From assembly GCA_965222375.1 (NCBI GenBank), contig CBDCTZ010000016.1, forward strand, positions 1 to 64,000: DNA of 64,000 nt. The letters are read 5' to 3'. How positions within the stretch are numbered: position 1 is the first letter of the stretch; every line of letters starts with the position of its first letter. Below the pieces are notes generated by a model. It saw nothing but the letters and a program-made list of their open reading frames with translations. It was not told where the DNA came from and made no database searches. The position numbers and the translations under genes are program-made. The stretch comes from Polyangiaceae bacterium (lineage in GTDB: Bacteria; Myxococcota_A; Polyangia; Polyangiales; Polyangiaceae). Below, one piece after another: positions 1 through 10,137 of this stretch.

Positions 1-788
1 TCGCGACGGCATTGGTCGAAGCGGGCCTCGATGTGTTTTGCCTCGATTGGGGCGTTCCGAACGACGAAGACCGCTATCTGGAGTGGGATGACCTCGTTCA
101 TCGGCTCGGCCGCATGGTGCGACGAGTGCAGCGGGAGGCCTCGGCGTCCGGAGTCGGGGTGCTGGGCTACTGCATTGGGGGAACTCTGAGCAGCATCTAC
201 GCCGCTTTGGAGCCGGAACGCATCGCCGCTCTGGTTAATCTCGCCGGCCCCGTGGACTTCTCGGAAGCCGGCTTCCTGGGACATATGACGAACCCCCGCT
301 GGTTCGATCCCGAAGCCATCGCCTCCGCTGGCAACATGCGAGCGGAGCAGATGCAGGCCGGTTTCGTCGCCTTGCGGCCCACGGCCCAGATCGCCAAGTG
401 GGTCAGCTTTCTCGACAAGCTCGAAAAGCTCGAGGCGTTTCGCGCCTTGGACGAATGGGCCAGCGCGAACATCTCGTTCCCCGCCCAAGCCTACGTTCGC
501 TACATCCGCGAGCTGTATCAGCAGAACGCGTTGATTCAGAAGCAGCACTATGTGGCCGGTCGCCAAGTCGACCTATCCCGCATCGAGTGCCCATTGCTCA
601 CTGTGGTGACGGCTCGCGACGAGATCTGCCCCCCGGCCGCAGCCCAAGGTCTCGCGGCTCACGCGGGCTCGAGGGACCAAGAGCTCCTCGTGATTCCAGG
701 GGGACACGTGGGCGCCGTCGTCGGTGCACGCGCGTCGGAAGTTTTGTACCCCAAACTGGCCAGTTGGTTCACGGATAAGCTCGGGTGA
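1..788 (+). CDS. phaC: Polyhydroxyalkanoate synthase PhaC (class III-like), 5'-partial
   Basis: LDWG motif, lipase-box GYCIGG (catalytic Cys), RDEI (Asp) and GGHVG (His); frame is open to the window edge. Confidence 0.8.
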   Translation, partial: ATALVEAGLDVFCLDWGVPNDEDRYLEWDDLVHRLGRMVRRVQREASASGVGVLGYCIGGTLSSIYAALEPERIAALVNLAGPVDFSEAGFLGHMTNPRWFDPEAIASAGNMRAEQMQAGFVALRPTAQIAKWVSFLDKLEKLEAFRALDEWASANISFPAQAYVRYIRELYQQNALIQKQHYVAGRQVDLSRIECPLLTVVTARDEICPPAAAQGLAAHAGSRDQELLVIPGGHVGAVVGARASEVLYPKLASWFTDKLG

Positions 789-880
789 CGGGTGCCGTTC
801 CATGGGGGCTACGTGACTGCTAAAGGGACTGACGCGTCGTAGTCGCGCGTTGCCATTTTTTCTTCACAAGGGAGTTCAAG

Positions 881-1627
881 ATGAAACTCAGTGATCTCAA
901 AGTGATCGTTACCGGTGGTGCCCGTGGGATGGGCGCTCACTTTGCCAAGGAATTGCACGCAGGAGGCGCGAAGGTCGCGGCCTTTGACGTGGATGAAGCG
1001 GGGCTGGCCGAGCTGCCCGACGGCATCGAGCGCAAGCGCGTGGACGTGTCCAAGGAGCAGGAGTGCGCCGAGTCCATCAAATGGGCCGCGGACAAGCTGG
1101 GCAGGCTCAATGCCTTGGTCAACAATGCGGGCATCATCCGCGATGGTCTGTTGGTCAAGAAGGACCGCAAGACTGGCGAAGTGAAGACGCTTTCCACGGA
1201 GGACTGGAACGCTGTCATCGGCGTGAATCTCACGGGTGCAACTCTGATGGCGCGAGAGTTCGTCGCACAGATGGTGCGCAGCGATACCAAGCCTGGGGTG
1301 CTCGTCAACATCTCCAGCATCGCACGGTACGGCAATCGCGGTCAGTCGAACTACGTCGCTGCCAAGTCTGCGCTCGCCGCGAACACCGTGACTTGGTCGC
1401 GGGAGTTTGCCCGCTTCGGCATTCGGGTCGGCGCCATCGCCCCAGGCATGGTCGAGACTCCGATGACCCAGGGCATGAATCAGAAGGCTCGGGATGCCCT
1501 GGTCGCGGCCATCCCCGTGGGACGAGTCGGTGTGCCCGAAGACCTCTGGCTCGCCGTGAAGTTCGTGCTCGAGTGCGACTACTTCAACGGACGCTGTATC
1601 GACGTAGACGGCGGCCTTTCAATGTGA
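881..1627 (+). CDS. SDR-family oxidoreductase (3-oxoacyl-ACP/acetoacetyl-CoA reductase-like)
   Basis: TGGARGMG, NNAG, NISS, YVAAK, DGG motifs; SD-like AAGGGAG upstream. Confidence 0.9.
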   Translation: MKLSDLKVIVTGGARGMGAHFAKELHAGGAKVAAFDVDEAGLAELPDGIERKRVDVSKEQECAESIKWAADKLGRLNALVNNAGIIRDGLLVKKDRKTGEVKTLSTEDWNAVIGVNLTGATLMAREFVAQMVRSDTKPGVLVNISSIARYGNRGQSNYVAAKSALAANTVTWSREFARFGIRVGAIAPGMVETPMTQGMNQKARDALVAAIPVGRVGVPEDLWLAVKFVLECDYFNGRCIDVDGGLSM

Positions 1628-1697
1628 GTTTGGCGGAGGTGGCGGTCGCCCGGGCGCGACCGCCGCCTGCGTCCTTGTTCGGGGAAGGGAAGAAACG

Positions 1698-3344
1698 ATG
1701 TTGTCGCTGTTCAGTGATCGCCCTCTGGTTTGGGCTCTGTTCCTGGTCTACATGGTCGCCACGGGCTGGCTCGCCTGGCGCGGTCACAAGAAAACCACGG
1801 ACATCGCGAGCTTCTCGGTGGGATCCGGAGATCTGCCGGCCTGGGTCGTAGGCATCACCCTGGCCGCGAGCATCGCCTCCACCGCCACCTTCGTGATCAA
1901 TCCAGGCTTCGTCTACGTGCACGGCCTGTCCGCAATCGCCCATTTGGGCTTCGCGGCCGGTGCCGGGATCGTGGTCGGGCTGGTCGCCCTCAGCTTCGGC
2001 TTCAGACGCTTCGGCGCCAAGGTGCGTGCTCTGACTCTGCCCCAATGGATGAGTGAACGCTTTGGCTCCCGGGGCCTGCGGATCTTCTTCGCCCTGGTCA
2101 ATCTGCTCAGCCTGTCCTTCGTGGTGCTGATCATCGGCGGCATCAGCATCGTGATGCAGCAGACCCTCGGACTCTCGAATCAGGCCAGCTTGATTCTCAC
2201 GGTCTTATTCGTTTTCAGCTACGTTTTCGTCGGCGGCACCTACGCTCACGCCTACACCAACACGTTGCAAGGCATCGTCATGGTCGCAGTCGCGGCGGTC
2301 ATCGTGGTCAGCGGGGTGCACTACCTGACGGACGCACCCGGCGGCGTGAGTGCCGCCTTGGCGGCGCAGGACGCCAACCTGGCGCTTTGGGTGAATCCCA
2401 AGAGCGCGCTGTTCGGCAGTACCTTCAGCGTATGGGTCAGCGGCTTTCTTATCGGCTTTGCCCTCGTATGTCAGCCCCACATCTTGACCAAGGCACTGTA
2501 CGTAAAGACCGATCGCGAGGTGCGCCGCTACCTGAGCGTATGCGTCGGCGTGTCGGTGGTGTTTTCGGCACTGCTACTCGTCGGCATCTACGCCCGAATG
2601 ATGGGGCTGCCCGCAGAGACCTTCCTGGACCCAGCAACCGGAGCGTTTTCCCAGGACCGCGTGATGGCGGTCTACCTCGCCAAGAGCTTCGGCCCCATTC
2701 CGCTCGCGGTGATCACCGTGGCGCTGCTCGCGGCCGGCATGAGCACGCTGGACGGGATATTGGTGGCTCTGTCGAGCATCGCCGCCAACGACTTATTCAC
2801 ACCGCTGGCAGAGCGGAACCTACTTGCGAACAAGACCTCTGAGCAGCGCGCCCACATCGCCCACCGCGCCAGTCAAGTCATTCTGGTCGCGATCGGCATC
2901 GTGGCCTTCGTGATCGCCCTCAACCCACCCAAGCTGCTCGGTATCTTCGGCATGGTTGGCGTCTACGGCATCGTCGCCACCAGCGCCGTTCCCATCGCCG
3001 GCGGGATCTTCTTGCGCGACATGACCGCGCGCAGCGCCTGGACCAGCGCGGTCGCCGGCTTGTCCGTGCACTTCGGCCTGTACCTGCTGGCCACCTTGGC
3101 CATGGGCGCCGGTCTCGACGTCCGCAGCTTCGGCGCCTTGAGCTGGGCTCTCGACGGCTCCGCCGTCCAAGGCGGCCTCCTCAACCCAGCCGTCACCGCC
3201 ACCTACGGCCTGCTCACCAGCGCCTCGGCGCTTTTGCTCTCAATGCTGCTCGCGCGAGTCCTCCAGCCCAAGAGCTCGCCTCGCAGGGTCGCCCATCTAG
3301 CCGAGCACGACGCGTCAATCACTTCAGCAGCCACTCCTCACTAG
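1698..3344 (+). CDS. Sodium:solute symporter (SSS, PutP/PanF-like)
   Basis: About 13 hydrophobic segments; TLPQWMSERFGS, YVFVGG..A..YTN.LQG and AAGMSTLDG motifs. Confidence 0.9.
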   Translation: MLSLFSDRPLVWALFLVYMVATGWLAWRGHKKTTDIASFSVGSGDLPAWVVGITLAASIASTATFVINPGFVYVHGLSAIAHLGFAAGAGIVVGLVALSFGFRRFGAKVRALTLPQWMSERFGSRGLRIFFALVNLLSLSFVVLIIGGISIVMQQTLGLSNQASLILTVLFVFSYVFVGGTYAHAYTNTLQGIVMVAVAAVIVVSGVHYLTDAPGGVSAALAAQDANLALWVNPKSALFGSTFSVWVSGFLIGFALVCQPHILTKALYVKTDREVRRYLSVCVGVSVVFSALLLVGIYARMMGLPAETFLDPATGAFSQDRVMAVYLAKSFGPIPLAVITVALLAAGMSTLDGILVALSSIAANDLFTPLAERNLLANKTSEQRAHIAHRASQVILVAIGIVAFVIALNPPKLLGIFGMVGVYGIVATSAVPIAGGIFLRDMTARSAWTSAVAGLSVHFGLYLLATLAMGAGLDVRSFGALSWALDGSAVQGGLLNPAVTATYGLLTSASALLLSMLLARVLQPKSSPRRVAHLAEHDASITSAATPH

Positions 3345-3649
3345 CGGAAGGCGACCGGGGCCCCGGAGCGAGGGGGCACGGCGAGGGAACCCTCCCCGCG
3401 ATCGGTACCCCGCGATGCCCCGCACGAGGCACGCTGTACACAGCTCGCATGCGTGGCCCAGCGGGTTCGCCGCCCTGAGGCCCCCCGGTCCACGCACAAG
3501 CATCCCGCGCGCACCAACTCGTTAAGGGCACAAACATCCCACATACACCGACATGATTGGGACCAAATCCTGAGCAAACCTTGAACAAGTCTTGAGGAAT
3601 CTCGCTCTCGGCCAATTTACCGGCGCGGAGGTCGTATAGTATTGCCGAG

Positions 3650-4771
3650 GTGAGATTCATGGGTCGACGCATTTCCGTTCTGGGCATGAGTGTGAGTCTG
3701 CTGGCCGTCGTGGCCTGTGGCGGAGGTGACGAGCGCACCTTCACGGGCAACACGGGTGGCGCAGACGCCGGAGCCGGGGCCGCGGGAGCCGCGGGTAGCG
3801 CGACGGGTGGGGCAAGCGGCGCATCTGGCAGCGGCGGTGCAGCGGGGAGCGCGGGTGCTTCGGGCGGCGCGGCTGGCGCGACCGGTGGGGCCGCGGGTTC
3901 TGCGGGTGCCGCGGGTGGCGCCGCTTGCGACACCAAGTCCCACGTCTGCGCACCCGATGCAGGAGCGGGTTGGACCGGTCCGGTCGCGTATCGACAAGGG
4001 AAAGGCGCACCCCCAAGCTGCCCGGGCAGCTACCCAACCAAGGTCGCGGACGGCAAGGTCGGGCTCAACCCCGGAAAGGCCACGTGCAAGTGCTCCTGCG
4101 ATCCAGCAACGGGCATTTCATGCACTGGCACGGCGAAGCTGTACGACGTCGCGGAGGGAAAGTTCGGGTGCCTTGCCATTCCGGGCGGCGCAACAGCCTG
4201 GCAGGGGACTTCCTCTTCGTGCAGCAAGCCCACGTCCGACACGTCGGGTCAGGTAAGACTCGTGGCCCCAGCGCCGAGCAAAGCTGGCACTTGTGCCGCC
4301 AAATCCGCACACGCGATCTCCACGCCGACCTGGGCGGAAGAAACTCGCATCTGCAGCGGCGCTAACCCCGCAGCCGGCAGCTGCGCGTCGGGCCAAGCCT
4401 GCCTGCCCCAGCCCGGCGCTCCCTACGATCTCTGTGTGTACCGGCCGGGAGACATGGCCTGCCCGAGTGCGTACCCGCAGAAGACTGTCGTGTATGAAGA
4501 ATTCAAGGACACACGAGCCTGCTCTGGATGCAGCTGTGGCAGCGCCACTTCGACCTGTGGCGGCTCCCTGCAGCTCGCGTCCGGCTGTAGCGGAACCATC
4601 TGGCTGTACACCACCGTATCGGGATGTGGCCTACCTACAGGCGGCATCAACGTCTCCACCAGCCACTGGGCGAGGTACAAACCCGACCCGAAGGGAACCT
4701 GCAAGGAGTCCACGTCCACCCTAAGCGGCGCCGCCACGCCAACGGGTGCAACAACGGTCTGCTGCATGTAG
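3650..4771 (+). CDS. Cys-rich lipoprotein with Gly/Ala/Ser linker
   Basis: Lipobox VVAC, long G/A/S linker, two Cys-rich repeats (CPxxYP...CxCxC), ends TVCCM. Confidence 0.8.
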   Translation: MRFMGRRISVLGMSVSLLAVVACGGGDERTFTGNTGGADAGAGAAGAAGSATGGASGASGSGGAAGSAGASGGAAGATGGAAGSAGAAGGAACDTKSHVCAPDAGAGWTGPVAYRQGKGAPPSCPGSYPTKVADGKVGLNPGKATCKCSCDPATGISCTGTAKLYDVAEGKFGCLAIPGGATAWQGTSSSCSKPTSDTSGQVRLVAPAPSKAGTCAAKSAHAISTPTWAEETRICSGANPAAGSCASGQACLPQPGAPYDLCVYRPGDMACPSAYPQKTVVYEEFKDTRACSGCSCGSATSTCGGSLQLASGCSGTIWLYTTVSGCGLPTGGINVSTSHWARYKPDPKGTCKESTSTLSGAATPTGATTVCCM

Positions 4772-4849
4772 TCGCACCCAGTGTTGCCCAATCAAGCGTT
4801 AGGACGCACCTCTGGCCATCATCGCAGCAGCTGACTACGCTACCGGTCG

Positions 4850-5836
4850 ATGACGACCGCATCGGTGGGGAGCGCCGCGCGACCGAGCAAGCTGGTCGCC
4901 AGCGTACTGATCGCGGGCTTGACAAGCCTAGTGGCTTGCCGAGTCGAACGGGAAGCGCGCGACGCCGCAGCAGAGCAGCTCGGGTGCGCAAGGAACGAAA
5001 TCAGCGTGACCGAAGCACTGTCAGAGCAAAGGAGGCGGGTAGGTGCGCCCCCTCAGGCCTATGCGGTGGGGTGCGGCAAGCGCGTGTTGATGGTCGAGAT
5101 GTGCCCCCCGGGCACTTCCCCTGGCGCATCGAGCTGCACCTGGACGCAAGCACACAAGCTCAAGCGCGAAGCTCTGATCCGTCGCGCCAGTTTCGATCTG
5201 TCCTGTGACCACAACCTCGTGCGCACTGCCCACGGTGGTACACTCGCGACGAGCATGGAGTGGCACGAGTGGCAGAGGTTGGTGGCCGGGTCAGTGCGTC
5301 GCCTGGAGCGCGAAGCCGACGGGCTCCGACAGGCTGAAGCGCTCGCCATCGCGCGCAAGTTCCTGGCGTTGTTCGACCGCGCAAAGCTGGCCAGGTCGGA
5401 TTTGGCGCCGTTGCTCAGCGAATCCGCTCGATTGCCGGCCCGCAGCGTTGCCGCGGTCAACCTGCGAAAAAGCTTGTTGCGCTGTTACCTAAGCATTGAC
5501 GACGCTCACTTCGACCCGCCGCAGGTGACGCCGAAGCAGCTGGTGATCGATCCTTACGGAGAGCTCGTCCTGATAACCGCCGTAGAATCGACACCCGCAG
5601 CCGAATGGCTCGCGCGACAGGACTTCCTGGCCGCTCGAACGGTTACGGAGTCCGATTGGTGGAAGGGGCTGACGTTCAACGGTGGCGCAAAGCTCGTACC
5701 GGCGCCGCTCGTGTTCGCCGTCGGCCAACCCAGCCGCGATCACCTTATGGAGCTGGTCGAGCACGGAAGCGCACGCACAGCCCAAACTATCCTCGCCTTG
5801 TTCCCGAAACTGCGGGAGGAGCTACCGCGATCCTGA
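4850..5836 (+). CDS. Hypothetical lipoprotein, possibly a fusion of a truncated lipoprotein and a second gene starting at ATG 5255
   Basis: Lipobox LVAC, RRASFDLSC motif, abrupt change of character at MEWHEW. Confidence 0.55.
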   Translation: MTTASVGSAARPSKLVASVLIAGLTSLVACRVEREARDAAAEQLGCARNEISVTEALSEQRRRVGAPPQAYAVGCGKRVLMVEMCPPGTSPGASSCTWTQAHKLKREALIRRASFDLSCDHNLVRTAHGGTLATSMEWHEWQRLVAGSVRRLEREADGLRQAEALAIARKFLALFDRAKLARSDLAPLLSESARLPARSVAAVNLRKSLLRCYLSIDDAHFDPPQVTPKQLVIDPYGELVLITAVESTPAAEWLARQDFLAARTVTESDWWKGLTFNGGAKLVPAPLVFAVGQPSRDHLMELVEHGSARTAQTILALFPKLREELPRS

Positions 5837-5928
5837 ATCGTCAGTCAGCGCTGCGCCAGGTAATTGCTTCGCTCCCCAAAACAACTGAAGTGAAATTCGA
5901 TCCATGCGCGTAGGCTGTCACCGGGTCG

Positions 5929-6762
5929 ATGTCGCAGCCTGTGGTGATTGCTCTGGTTCTCTTTGCGGCGCTGCTGCATGCGAGCTGGAATGCCATCGTC
6001 AAGCATAGTGGCGATAGGTTACTGACTTTTGCGATCGTAATCGGAACAGGCGGGGTCCTGGCGGTTCCGCTGGCGCTCCTCGTGGCGCCTCCAGCGGCCG
6101 CAAGCTATCCGCACCTGGCAACCAGTGCAGGCGTGCACCTCGTGTACTACGCGTTCCTATTGCTCGGTTACCGCTATGGCGACTTGGGTCAGGTGTATCC
6201 GATCGCACGGGGTACGGGGCCGTTGGTCGTTGCACTGGCTGCCGGCCCGCTGGCGGCAGAGCGATTGGGAGTCTTGGGAAGCATCGGCTTGTTCATGGTG
6301 TCTGGCGGGATCGTCGCGTTGGCCGGTCGGGGCGGCAACAAGCGCGCAGTCGCATTCGCGCTTGGAACGGGTCTGTGCATCGGCGCCTATTCGCTCGCTG
6401 ACGGGTTGGGCGCACGCGAATCCGCAAATCCGCTAGGCTACATCGTTTGGCTCCACTTGGTGATCGGGATCCCCTTCGCTTCAGCCGTGCTCCTGCTGAA
6501 GCGAAAACAGGTCCCCCGCTTCTTACTCGTTCATGGGCGGCGCGCCTTTGTTGGCGGCATGATCGCGGCACTGGGATACTCGCTCGTGATCTGGGCCATG
6601 AGCGAGACCCGACTCGCCTACGTTGCATCCCTCCGGGAAACCAGCGTGGTACTGGCGGCGATCATCGGCGCGATCTGGTTGGACGAGCCCTTCGGCAAGC
6701 GCCGGATCGTCGCCTCGGCGGTTGTGGCAACAGGGATCGTACTGATGAGCTTGCCCGTGTGA
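5929..6762 (+). CDS. EamA/DMT-family transporter
   Basis: 10 TM pattern; AALLHASWNAIVK, YPIARG and LRETSVV motifs. Confidence 0.9.
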   Translation: MSQPVVIALVLFAALLHASWNAIVKHSGDRLLTFAIVIGTGGVLAVPLALLVAPPAAASYPHLATSAGVHLVYYAFLLLGYRYGDLGQVYPIARGTGPLVVALAAGPLAAERLGVLGSIGLFMVSGGIVALAGRGGNKRAVAFALGTGLCIGAYSLADGLGARESANPLGYIVWLHLVIGIPFASAVLLLKRKQVPRFLLVHGRRAFVGGMIAALGYSLVIWAMSETRLAYVASLRETSVVLAAIIGAIWLDEPFGKRRIVASAVVATGIVLMSLPV

Positions 6763-6787
6763 CGCCGGCTACCGCCAGAACGATGAT

Positions 6788-7381
6788 ATGACCGGTGTGA
6801 TGCCACAGGCGAAGCCGAGTTGTTTGTGGGCGCCCGTCGACGACGCGCTGTATCGCGAGTATCATGACCAGGAGTGGGGCGTTCCGGTGTTCGATGACCG
6901 CGCACTGTTCGAGAAACTGCTCTTGGATGGCTTCCAGGCGGGGCTATCGTGGCGAACCATCTTGTACAAGCGTGCCGCCTTTCGGCGAGCCTTCGACGGC
7001 TTCAATCCCGAGAAGATGGCGCGTTACACGCCAAAGAAGGTGCAGCGCCTGCTAGCAGACGCGAGCATCATCCGCTCCAAGAGCAAGATCGCAGCGGCCA
7101 TTGTCAACGCGCAGGTCTACCTGGACGTGATGGAATCCCGAGACGACGGGCTGTCGGGATTGCTATGGGGCTTCGTGGACGGACGCCCCAGGGTGAATCG
7201 GCTCCGTTCTTACAAGAAGGCGCCCGCGAAGACCCGACAAAGCGAAGCCATGTCAAAGGAGCTCAAGCAGCTCGGCTTCAAGTTCTGCGGCCCCGTCATC
7301 GTGTATGCATTCATGCAGGCCGTGGGCATGGTCAACGATCACGAAGTCACCTGCCCGCGTTGGAAAGCCATTCAGGGCTAG
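6788..7381 (+). CDS. tag: DNA-3-methyladenine glycosylase I
   Basis: YHDQEWG, FQAGLSW, GFKFCGP, GMVNDH..C. Confidence 0.95.
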   Translation: MTGVMPQAKPSCLWAPVDDALYREYHDQEWGVPVFDDRALFEKLLLDGFQAGLSWRTILYKRAAFRRAFDGFNPEKMARYTPKKVQRLLADASIIRSKSKIAAAIVNAQVYLDVMESRDDGLSGLLWGFVDGRPRVNRLRSYKKAPAKTRQSEAMSKELKQLGFKFCGPVIVYAFMQAVGMVNDHEVTCPRWKAIQG

Positions 7382-7540
7382 CACTCCTGGGCGGTCTTTT
7401 GTTTGGGTGGTTTGGGGAGGTTTGTAGCTCCCGGTGAAGTCACGGTCCCATCTGCTTGCGGGCGGCGCGGCACGTCGAGGCGCATCGCCGGGTTTGGCTC
7501 GATGGGAAGGACGAGGCGGGTACGTGATAGAGAGACCCCC

Positions 7541-8434
7541 ATGCTGGCTTCTGAGCAGCAGTTGTCCCTAGCGTGGATCGCAGAGAAGACCGGGGCGCAG
7601 GAGGCGACCAGTGGAGGCGGCATTCAGAGCCTGTGGAGCGGCTACGGCGAAATTTGTCGGGTCGACCTACTGGGCGGTGGCGAACCAAGCGTGATCGTAA
7701 AGCGCGTCACACCTCCGGACGCTCGGCACCACCCGCGAGGCTGGGCCAGCGATCGCTCGCATCAGCGCAAGCTGCGATCCTATGAAGTCGAGACATTCTT
7801 CTACGAACAATACGCGCAGCAATGTGCGGAGCCTTGCCGGGTGCCACGCTGCATCGCCACGCAGCGTTTGGTCGAGCCCGAGGGCTGGGTGCTGCTGCTC
7901 GAAGACCTGGATGTTGCGGGTTTTCCTGGCCGGCGAAATGATGTGTCGCCAGCGGAGGTGGAACACTGTCTCACTTGGTTGGCGGACTTCCATGCTGTCT
8001 TCCTGGGCCGTGCTCCTGCAGGACTGTGGCCCGTGGGAACCTACTGGCATCTGGAGACACGGCCCGACGAGCTGCTTGCCATCGAGGACACGACTCTGAA
8101 GCGGGCAGCTCCATTGCTGGACGCACGCCTAAACGCCTGCGCGCATCAGACCCTGGTGCACGGCGATGCCAAGCTCGCGAACTTCTGCTTTGGTGAGCGC
8201 GGCGTGGCAGCCGTCGACTTTCAGTACGTGGGTGGCGGCGCCGGTGTGAAAGACGTCGCCTACTTCTTCAGTAGCTGCTGGGACGGCGAGGACTGCGAGC
8301 GACTCGCAGCAGGATACTTGGACCGTTACTTCCAATGGCTGCAAGAGCGCCTCGCGCAGCGACGTCCAGAGCTCGACGCAGCGACACGCGCAAACATCGA
8401 CGAAAGTAACTGTCAGCGGCACCGCATTCCCTGA
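7541..8434 (+). CDS. APH/choline-kinase-like (EcKinase) phosphotransferase, C-terminus apparently truncated
   Basis: [42 protein letters not shown]. Confidence 0.8.
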   Translation: MLASEQQLSLAWIAEKTGAQEATSGGGIQSLWSGYGEICRVDLLGGGEPSVIVKRVTPPDARHHPRGWASDRSHQRKLRSYEVETFFYEQYAQQCAEPCRVPRCIATQRLVEPEGWVLLLEDLDVAGFPGRRNDVSPAEVEHCLTWLADFHAVFLGRAPAGLWPVGTYWHLETRPDELLAIEDTTLKRAAPLLDARLNACAHQTLVHGDAKLANFCFGERGVAAVDFQYVGGGAGVKDVAYFFSSCWDGEDCERLAAGYLDRYFQWLQERLAQRRPELDAATRANIDESNCQRHRIP

Positions 8435-10055
8435 CGGTACGGGACGCTGGTACGGAGGCGGCGGACCTTCGGGTGGTACCCAAGGCACGTTTCCGATATC
8501 TGGCGCGAAGTTCAGTTTCTCTTACGACATCTGTTCGAACGGCAACCAACTCTCATTGGTCGCCGTCTCGAGTAATCTCCAGATCGATCTACCGCTAGCA
8601 CCGGGCGTTCAATGCGGATCGACTGGTGTTGGCGGAAGCGGAGGCCTGGGCGGCTCCGGAGGCAGCAGTGGCTTCGGTGGTTCTGGGGGCTCGTCGGGGG
8701 GTGCTGGCGGCGTGGGCGGCTCCGGTGGCACGGGCGGCAGCAGTGGCAGTGGCGGCTCTGGAGGCACTGGTGGCGCCTCCACCGGCGACTTGGATCCAGC
8801 ATACGGAACCAACGGCGTCGCAAAGGTCGCACTCCCCAATGGCCCGTGGACGGTTCAAGACGTGGCCATGGACTCGACCAACCGCATGCTGATCGTCGGG
8901 GCGGCCAATAACGACTTCATTGTCGTCCGCTTGCTCCCTACGGGCCAAGTGGACACCTCTTTCGGCACTGCTGGCGTGTTTCAATACGATCGGGCTAGTC
9001 GTTCCGACGGCGCAAATGCGGTGGCGGTGGATTCCGCGAACAACGTGTATGTGGCTGGGGGGACCCGCACTCCGTTGACGCTTCAACCGGACCTTACGGT
9101 GTTGAAGCTAACACCCAACGGCACTCAAACGAGTGTGACGCATCTGGAGCTGGATTCGCAAGCCACCACGAGTCATGGCCCTCAAGATATCGCGATCGAT
9201 TCGGTGGGCCGAGTCGTGGTCACGTCCTGGGACAGGATCGGAGGCTCCGGAACCAGCGGTCTCAGTGTGTGGCGCTTGTCATCCAATCTGGGTGTTGACG
9301 CCACGTTCGGAGAGTTTGCTTCCGGAGTGTCACACTGGACCAAGAGCAAGTTCTCCAATGATCCGACCTACAGTATCTCCATCGGCACTACTGGCGAAGG
9401 CAGTGCCCTGGGCATCGATGCCCAGGACCGGCCGGTGTTGACGGCCCGATGGTCGACGTCCGCTGGGCCTGACGGTCCAATGTTGATACGCGTCACCACC
9501 GCGGGCCTTCTCGATAGCACTTTCGGTGACGATGTGTATCCATCCGACGGAAAGCCTGACGGCGCATGGCGACCCCTGGATGGCACCAACACGAGCTGGA
9601 TTTGGTACAGCGTCCTGCCAGGTCCAGGAGGCGTGACCTACGTGTCTGGTCAGCACTCATCCGCGGGGCCCAATACCGCCGCTATCTGGCGTGTCACTGC
9701 CGCGGGAGCGCCAGACACCACGTTCGCCGCGCCGAACGGCTACGCGGGGTGGGTGCCGCCTAGTTCGGGCTCACACCCAGCACCGAGCGACTTCGCCTTT
9801 CATGTCGCTCGCGACAGCTCTGGACGACTGGTTGCAGCCGGGACTACCTGGTTGCCCGGACAGACGGGAGCCATATTCCGAGCATCCGCATCCGGTCAGT
9901 TCGACAAGTCGTTCGGTCTCGATGGGAGAGCGGAGTTTAGCAGCCATCCATCCGCTCTGACCGGGCTGCGACACGTACACATGGATGCCACCGGAGGCAT
10001 CATCGGGACGGGCTGGACATCCACCCATGTTTCCACGTTTCGGGTGTTGCCGTAG
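8400..10055 (+). CDS. Delta-60-repeat beta-propeller protein with Gly/Ser linker; N-terminus/start missing
   Basis: Repeats [46 protein letters not shown]; protein-like open frame extends upstream of TTG 8556 to about 8400 with no signal peptide. Confidence 0.7.
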   Translation, partial: TKVTVSGTAFPDGTGRWYGGGGPSGGTQGTFPISGAKFSFSYDICSNGNQLSLVAVSSNLQIDLPLAPGVQCGSTGVGGSGGLGGSGGSSGFGGSGGSSGGAGGVGGSGGTGGSSGSGGSGGTGGASTGDLDPAYGTNGVAKVALPNGPWTVQDVAMDSTNRMLIVGAANNDFIVVRLLPTGQVDTSFGTAGVFQYDRASRSDGANAVAVDSANNVYVAGGTRTPLTLQPDLTVLKLTPNGTQTSVTHLELDSQATTSHGPQDIAIDSVGRVVVTSWDRIGGSGTSGLSVWRLSSNLGVDATFGEFASGVSHWTKSKFSNDPTYSISIGTTGEGSALGIDAQDRPVLTARWSTSAGPDGPMLIRVTTAGLLDSTFGDDVYPSDGKPDGAWRPLDGTNTSWIWYSVLPGPGGVTYVSGQHSSAGPNTAAIWRVTAAGAPDTTFAAPNGYAGWVPPSSGSHPAPSDFAFHVARDSSGRLVAAGTTWLPGQTGAIFRASASGQFDKSFGLDGRAEFSSHPSALTGLRHVHMDATGGIIGTGWTSTHVSTFRVLP

Positions 10056-10137
10056 GCGCATCGCACTGTAGACGCCGGGAGCGGGGTGCGACAGGGGCCC
10101 ACCGCCAGATCGAATGACCTGTTTTCGCGGCAATCGC

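Noticed and set aside
3345..3649. Structured RNA in the spacer after the symporter
   Set aside because: Only short GC-rich pairings (GACCGGGG/CCCCGGTC) expected by chance
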